Shown: positions 40,691-45,689 of the stretch, one piece after another
Layout: the number at the start of each line of letters is the position of its first letter
Numbering within the stretch: the stretch's first letter is position 1
Virus record (IMG/VR): IMGVR_UViG_2711768009_000006
Direction: 5' to 3' (one strand)
From: a virus
Lineage: Duplodnaviria; Heunggongvirae; Uroviricota; Caudoviricetes
Length of the DNA stretch: 45,689 nt
The notes under the pieces: model-generated
Told to the model about the DNA's origin: nothing
Database searches by the model: none
The model's input: the letters and a program-made list of their open reading frames with translations, nothing else
Position numbers and translations under genes: made by a program

Positions 40691-43244
40691 ACCGGTAGGC
40701 GATCTGGTCGTTGATTTGAGTCTGGATGCGGCCAGATTTGACGAGCAGATGGCCAGAGTCAGGCGTCATTTTTCCGGTACGGAAAGTGATGCGAAAAAAA
40801 CAGCGGCAGTCGTTGAACAGTCGCTGAGCCGACAGGCGCTGGCTGCACAGAAAGCGGGGATTTCCGTCGGGCAGTATAAAGCCGCCATGCGTATGCTGCC
40901 TGCACAGTTCACCGACGTGGCCACGCAGCTTGCAGGCGGGCAAAGTCCGTGGCTGATCCTGCTGCAACAGGGTGGTCAGGTTAAGGACTCCTTCGGCGGG
41001 ATGATCCCCATGTTCCGGGGGCTTGCCGGTGCGATCACCCTGCCGATGGTGGGGGCCACCTCGCTGGCGGTGGCGACCGGTGCGCTGGCGTATGCCTGGT
41101 ATCAGGGCAACTCAACCCTGTCCGATTTCAACAAAACGCTGGTCCTTTCCGGCAATCAGGCGGGACTGACGGCAGATCGTATGCTGGTCCTGTCCAGAGC
41201 CGGGCAGGCGGCAGGGCTGACGTTTAACCAGACCAGCGAGTCACTCAGCGCACTGGTTAAGGCGGGGGTAAGCGGTGAGGCTCAGATTGCGTCCATCAGC
41301 CAGAGTGTGGCGCGTTTCTCCTCTGCATCCGGCGTGGAGGTGGACAAGGTCGCTGAAGCCTTCGGGAAGCTGACCACAGACCCGACGTCGGGGCTGACTG
41401 CGATGGCACGCCAGTTCCATAACGTGACGGCGGAGCAGATTGCGTATGTTGCTCAGTTGCAGCGTTCCGGCGATGAAGCCGGGGCATTGCAGGCGGCGAA
41501 CGAGGCCGCAACGAAAGGGTTTGATGACCAGACCCGCCGCCTGAAAGAGAACATGGGCACGCTGGAGACCTGGGCAGACAGGACAGCGCGGGCATTCAAA
41601 TCCATGTGGGATGCGGTGCTGGATATTGGTCGTCCTGATACCGCGCAGGAGATGCTGATTAAGGCAGAGGCTGCGTTTAAGAAAGCAGACGACATCTGGA
41701 ATCTGCGCAAGGATGATTATTTTGTTAACGATGAAGCGCGGGCGCGTTACTGGGATGATCGTGAAAAGGCCCGTCTTGCGCTTGAAGCCGCCCGAAAGAA
41801 GGCTGAGCAGCAGACTCAACAGGACAAAAATGCGCAGCAGCAGAGCGATACCGAAGCGTCACGGCTGAAATATACCGAAGAGGCGCAGAAGGCTTACGAA
41901 CGGCTGCAGACGCCGCTGGAGAAATATACCGCCCGTCAGGAAGAACTGAACAAGGCACTGAAAGACGGGAAAATCCTGCAGGCGGATTACAACACGCTGA
42001 TGGCGGCGGCGAAAAAGGATTATGAAGCGACGCTGAAAAAGCCGAAACAGTCCGGCGTGAAGGTGTCTGCGGGCGATCGTCAGGAAGACAGTGCTCATGC
42101 TGCCCTGCTGACGCTTCAGGCAGAACTCCGGACGCTGGAGAAGCATGCCGGAGCGAATGAGAAAATCAGCCAGCAGCGCCGGGATTTGTGGAAGGCAGAA
42201 AGTCAGTTCGCGGTACTGGAGGAGGCGGCACAACGTCGCCAGCTGTCCGCACAGGAGAAATCCCTGCTGGCGCATAAAGATGAGACGCTGGAGTACAAAC
42301 GCCAGCTGGCTGCACTTGGCGACAAGGTTACGTATCAGGAGCGCCTGAACGCGCTGGCGCAGCAGGCGGATAAATTCGCACAGCAGCAACGGGCAAAACG
42401 TGCCGCCATTGATGCGAAAAACCGGGGGCTGACTGACCGGCAGGCAGCGCGGGAAGCCACGGAACAGCGTCTGAAGGAACAGTATGGCGATAATCCGCTG
42501 GCGCTGAATAACGTCATGTCAGAGCAGAAAAAGACCTGGGCGGCTGAAGACCAGCTTCGCGGGAGCTGGATGGCAGGCCTGAAGTCCGGCTGGAGTGAGT
42601 GGGAAGAGAGCGCCACGAACAGTATGTCGCAGGTTAAAAGTGCAGCCACGCAGACCTTTGATGGTATTGCGCAGAATATGGCGGCGATGCTGACCGGCAG
42701 TGAGCAGAACTGGCGCAGCTTCACCCGTTCCGTGCTGTCCATGATGACAGAAATTCTGCTTAAGCAGGCAATGGTGGGGATTGTCGGGAGTATCGGCAGC
42801 GCCATTGGCGGGGCTGTTGGTGGCGGCGCATCCGCATCAGGCGGTACAGCCATTCAGGCCGCTGCGGCGAAATTCCATTTTGCAACCGGAGGATTTACGG
42901 GAACCGGCGGCAAATATGAGCCAGCGGGGATTGTTCACCGTGGTGAATTTGTCTTCACGAAGGAGGCAACCAGCCGGATTGGCGTGGGAAATCTCTACCG
43001 GCTGATGCGCGGCTATGCCACCGGCGGTTATGTCGGTGGCACCGGAAGTCCGGCGCAAATGCGGCGTTCAGAGGGTATCAGGTTTGAGCAGAACAACAAC
43101 GTGGTGATTCAGAACGACGGTACGAATGGTCTGCCAGGTCCACAGATGATGAAGGCAGTGTATGACATGGCCCGCAAGGGTGCCCGTGATGAAATTCAGA
43201 CACAGATGCGTGATGGTGGCCTGTTCTCCGGAGGTGGACGATGA
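40683..43244 (+). CDS. H: Tail tape measure protein H
   Basis: 853-aa ORF, lambda gpH length and position. Confidence 0.95.
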   Translation: MAEPVGDLVVDLSLDAARFDEQMARVRRHFSGTESDAKKTAAVVEQSLSRQALAAQKAGISVGQYKAAMRMLPAQFTDVATQLAGGQSPWLILLQQGGQVKDSFGGMIPMFRGLAGAITLPMVGATSLAVATGALAYAWYQGNSTLSDFNKTLVLSGNQAGLTADRMLVLSRAGQAAGLTFNQTSESLSALVKAGVSGEAQIASISQSVARFSSASGVEVDKVAEAFGKLTTDPTSGLTAMARQFHNVTAEQIAYVAQLQRSGDEAGALQAANEAATKGFDDQTRRLKENMGTLETWADRTARAFKSMWDAVLDIGRPDTAQEMLIKAEAAFKKADDIWNLRKDDYFVNDEARARYWDDREKARLALEAARKKAEQQTQQDKNAQQQSDTEASRLKYTEEAQKAYERLQTPLEKYTARQEELNKALKDGKILQADYNTLMAAAKKDYEATLKKPKQSGVKVSAGDRQEDSAHAALLTLQAELRTLEKHAGANEKISQQRRDLWKAESQFAVLEEAAQRRQLSAQEKSLLAHKDETLEYKRQLAALGDKVTYQERLNALAQQADKFAQQQRAKRAAIDAKNRGLTDRQAAREATEQRLKEQYGDNPLALNNVMSEQKKTWAAEDQLRGSWMAGLKSGWSEWEESATNSMSQVKSAATQTFDGIAQNMAAMLTGSEQNWRSFTRSVLSMMTEILLKQAMVGIVGSIGSAIGGAVGGGASASGGTAIQAAAAKFHFATGGFTGTGGKYEPAGIVHRGEFVFTKEATSRIGVGNLYRLMRGYATGGYVGGTGSPAQMRRSEGIRFEQNNNVVIQNDGTNGLPGPQMMKAVYDMARKGARDEIQTQMRDGGLFSGGGR

Positions 43245-43570
43245 AAACCTTCCGCTGGAAAGTGAAACCCGGTATGGATGTGGCTTCGGCCCCTTCTGTA
43301 AGAAAGGTGCGCTTTGGTGATGGCTATTCCCAGCGAGCGCCTGCCGGGCTGAACACTGACCTGAAAACGTACAGCGTGACGCTTTCTGTTCCCCGTTGGG
43401 AGGCCGCGGCGCTGGAGTCGTTTCTGGCTGAGCACGGGGGCTGGAAGGCCTTTCTGTGGACGCCGCCTTATGGCTACCGGCAGATAAAGGTGACCTGCGC
43501 AAAATGGTCGTCGCGGGTCAGTATGCTGCGTGTTGAGTTCAGCGCAGAGTTTGAACAGGTGGTGAACTGA
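43241..43570 (+). CDS. M: Tail tip protein M
   Basis: 109-aa ORF in the lambda position. Confidence 0.93.
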   Translation: MKTFRWKVKPGMDVASAPSVRKVRFGDGYSQRAPAGLNTDLKTYSVTLSVPRWEAAALESFLAEHGGWKAFLWTPPYGYRQIKVTCAKWSSRVSMLRVEFSAEFEQVVN

Positions 43571-44268
43571 TGCAGGATATCCGACAGGAAACACTGAATG
43601 AATGCACCCGTGCGGAGCAGTCTGCCAGCGTGGTGCTCTGGGAAATCGACCTGACAGAGGTCGGTGGAGAACGTTATTTTTTCTGTAATGAGCAGAACGA
43701 AAAAGGTGAGCCGGTCACCTGGCAGGGGCGACAGTATCAGCCGTATCCCATTCAGGGGAGTGGTTTTGAACTGAATGGCAAAGGCACCAGTACGCGCCCC
43801 ACGCTGACGGTTTCTAACCTGTACGGTATGGTCACCGGGATGGCGGAAGATATGCAGAGTCTGGTCGGCGGAACGGTGGTCCGGCGTAAGGTTTACGCCC
43901 GTTTTCTGGATGCGGTGAACTTCGTCAACGGAAACAGTGACGCCGATCCGGAGCAGGAGGTGATCAGCCGCTGGCGCATCGAGCAGTGCAGCGAACTGAG
44001 CGCGGTGAGTGCCTCCTTTGTACTGTCCACGCCGACGGAAACGGATGGCGCTGTTTTTCCGGGGCGCATCATGCTGGCCAACACCTGCACCTGGACCTAT
44101 CGCGGTGACGAGTGCGGTTATAGCGGTCCGGCTGTCGCGGATGAATATGACCAGCCGACATCCGATATCACGAAGGATAAATGCAGCAAATGCCTGAGTG
44201 GCTGTAAGTTCCGCAATAACGTCGGCAACTTTGGCGGCTTCCTTTCCATTAACAAACTTTCGCAGTAA
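43570..44268 (+). CDS. L: Tail tip protein L
   Basis: 232-aa ORF in the lambda position. Confidence 0.93.
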   Translation: MQDIRQETLNECTRAEQSASVVLWEIDLTEVGGERYFFCNEQNEKGEPVTWQGRQYQPYPIQGSGFELNGKGTSTRPTLTVSNLYGMVTGMAEDMQSLVGGTVVRRKVYARFLDAVNFVNGNSDADPEQEVISRWRIEQCSELSAVSASFVLSTPTETDGAVFPGRIMLANTCTWTYRGDECGYSGPAVADEYDQPTSDITKDKCSKCLSGCKFRNNVGNFGGFLSINKLSQ

Positions 44269-44272
44269 TCCC

Positions 44273-45016
44273 ATGACAGAGACAGAATCAGCGATTCTGG
44301 CGCACGCCCGGCGATGTGCGCCAGCGGAGTCGTGCGGCTTCGTGGTGAGAACGCCGGAGGGGGAAAGATATTTTCCCTGCGTGAATATTTCCGGTGAGCC
44401 GGAGGATTATTTCCGGATGGCTCCGGAGGACTGGCTGCAGGCCAAAATGCAGGGTGAGATTGTGGCGCTGGTCCACAGTCACCCCGGTGGTCTGCCCTGG
44501 CTGAGTGAGGCCGACCGGCGGCTGCAGGTGCAGAGTGATTTGCCGTGGTGGCTGGTCTGCCGGGGAGTGATTCATAAGTTCCGCTGTGTGCCGCATCTCA
44601 CCGGGCGGCGCTTTGAGCACGGGGCGACGGACTGTTACACGCTGTTCCGGGATGCTTATCATCTGGCTGGGATTGAGATGCCGGATTTTCATCGCGGGGA
44701 TGACTGGTGGCGTAACGGTCAGAATCTCTATCTTGACAATATGGAGGCGACTGGTTTTTACCGTGTCGCACTGACAGAGGCGCAGCCGGGCGATGTGCTG
44801 CTGTGCTGCTTTGGTTCATCGGTGCCGAATCATGCCGCTATTTACTGCGGTGACGGCGAGCTGCTGCACCATATTCCTGAACAACTGAGCAAACGAGAGA
44901 GGTATACCGACAAATGGCAGCGACGCACACACTCCCTCTGGCGTCACCGGGCATGGCGCGCATCTGCCTTTACGGGGATTTACAACGATTTGGCCGCCGC
45001 ATCGACCTTCGTGTGA
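44273..45016 (+). CDS. K: Tail tip assembly protein K (peptidase-like)
   Basis: ORF from ATG 44273 (MTETESAILAHARRC...); the classical 199-aa lambda K start corresponds to ATG 44417 (SD GGAGG), so the true start is ambiguous. Confidence 0.85.
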   Translation: MTETESAILAHARRCAPAESCGFVVRTPEGERYFPCVNISGEPEDYFRMAPEDWLQAKMQGEIVALVHSHPGGLPWLSEADRRLQVQSDLPWWLVCRGVIHKFRCVPHLTGRRFEHGATDCYTLFRDAYHLAGIEMPDFHRGDDWWRNGQNLYLDNMEATGFYRVALTEAQPGDVLLCCFGSSVPNHAAIYCGDGELLHHIPEQLSKRERYTDKWQRRTHSLWRHRAWRASAFTGIYNDLAAASTFV

Positions 45017-45585
45017 AAACGGGGGCTGAAGCCATCCGGGCACTGGCCACACAGCTCCCGGCGTTTCGTCAGAAACTGAGCGACGGCTGGTATCAGGTAC
45101 GGATTTCCGGGCGGGACGTCAGCACGTCCGGATTGACGGCGCAGTTACATGAGGTTCTGCCTGACGGCGCTGTGATTCATATTGTTCCCAGAGTCGCCGG
45201 GGCCAAGTCAGGGGGCGTATTCCAGATTGTCCTGGGAGCTGCCGCCATTGCCGGATCATTCTTTACTGCCGGAGCCACCCTTGCAGCATGGGGGGCAGCC
45301 ATTGGGGCCGGTGGTATGACCGGCATCCTGTTTTCTCTCGGTGCCAGTATGGTGCTCGGTGGTGTGGCGCAGATGCTGGCACCGAAAGCCAGAACTCCCC
45401 GTACACAGACAACGGATAACGGCAAACAGAACACCTATTTCTCCTCACTGGATAACATGGTTGCTCAGGGCAATGTTCTGCCTGTTCTGTACGGTGAAAT
45501 GCGTGTGGGGTCACGGGTGGTTTCTCAGGAGATCAGCACGGCAGACGAAGGGGACGGTGGTCAGGTTGTGGTGATTGGTCGCTGA
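44914..45585 (+). CDS. I: Tail tip assembly protein I
   Basis: 223-aa ORF overlapping the K 3' end by 103 nt, as in lambda. Confidence 0.93.
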   Translation: MAATHTLPLASPGMARICLYGDLQRFGRRIDLRVKTGAEAIRALATQLPAFRQKLSDGWYQVRISGRDVSTSGLTAQLHEVLPDGAVIHIVPRVAGAKSGGVFQIVLGAAAIAGSFFTAGATLAAWGAAIGAGGMTGILFSLGASMVLGGVAQMLAPKARTPRTQTTDNGKQNTYFSSLDNMVAQGNVLPVLYGEMRVGSRVVSQEISTADEGDGGQVVVIGR

Positions 45586-45595
45586 TGCAAAATGT

Positions 45596-45689
45596 TTTAT
45601 GTGAAACCGCCTGCGGGCGGTTTTGTCGTTTATGGAGCGTGAGGAATGGGTAAAGGCAGCAGTAAGGGGCATACCCCGCGCGAAGCGAA
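45596..45689. repeat. Terminal redundancy copy 2, identical to 1-94 (includes the first 44 nt of J)
   Basis: Direct comparison with the window start. Confidence 0.97.

Overview
The window is a complete temperate-phage genome written as a circle: bases 1-94 are identical to 45596-45689, so the unique length is about 45.6 kb. It is a mosaic. About half is a lambda-type packaging, head and tail module (cos, Nu1, A, W, B, C/Nu3, D, E, FI, FII, Z, U, V, G/G-T, H, M, L, K, I, J, lom, stf, tfa), with proteins that closely match my recollection of lambda. The other half is an N15-type linear plasmid-prophage module: sopBA partition genes, telN protelomerase beside a telO palindrome (interrupted by a 24-N gap), a large repA primase-helicase, cB repressor with divergent cro and a Q-like gene, a LexA-box-controlled small gene, a RelE/HigB-like toxin-antitoxin pair, an orphan DNA methyltransferase, and a P21-type pinholin/SAR-endolysin with Rz/Rz1. 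I found no integrase, attachment site, transposase, tRNA, rRNA or CRISPR array. The most interesting candidate for an undescribed system is an AT-rich two-gene cassette (a 286-aa soluble protein plus a 149-aa two-helix membrane protein) sitting between the lysis genes and cos, bracketed by 211-bp direct repeats that each end in a SopB-type palindrome. Other notable signals are five dispersed SopB-type palindromes, a candidate antisense RNA over the repA leader, and a cosN 12-mer that differs from lambda. All homology statements are from memory of reference sequences and motifs; no database search was run.
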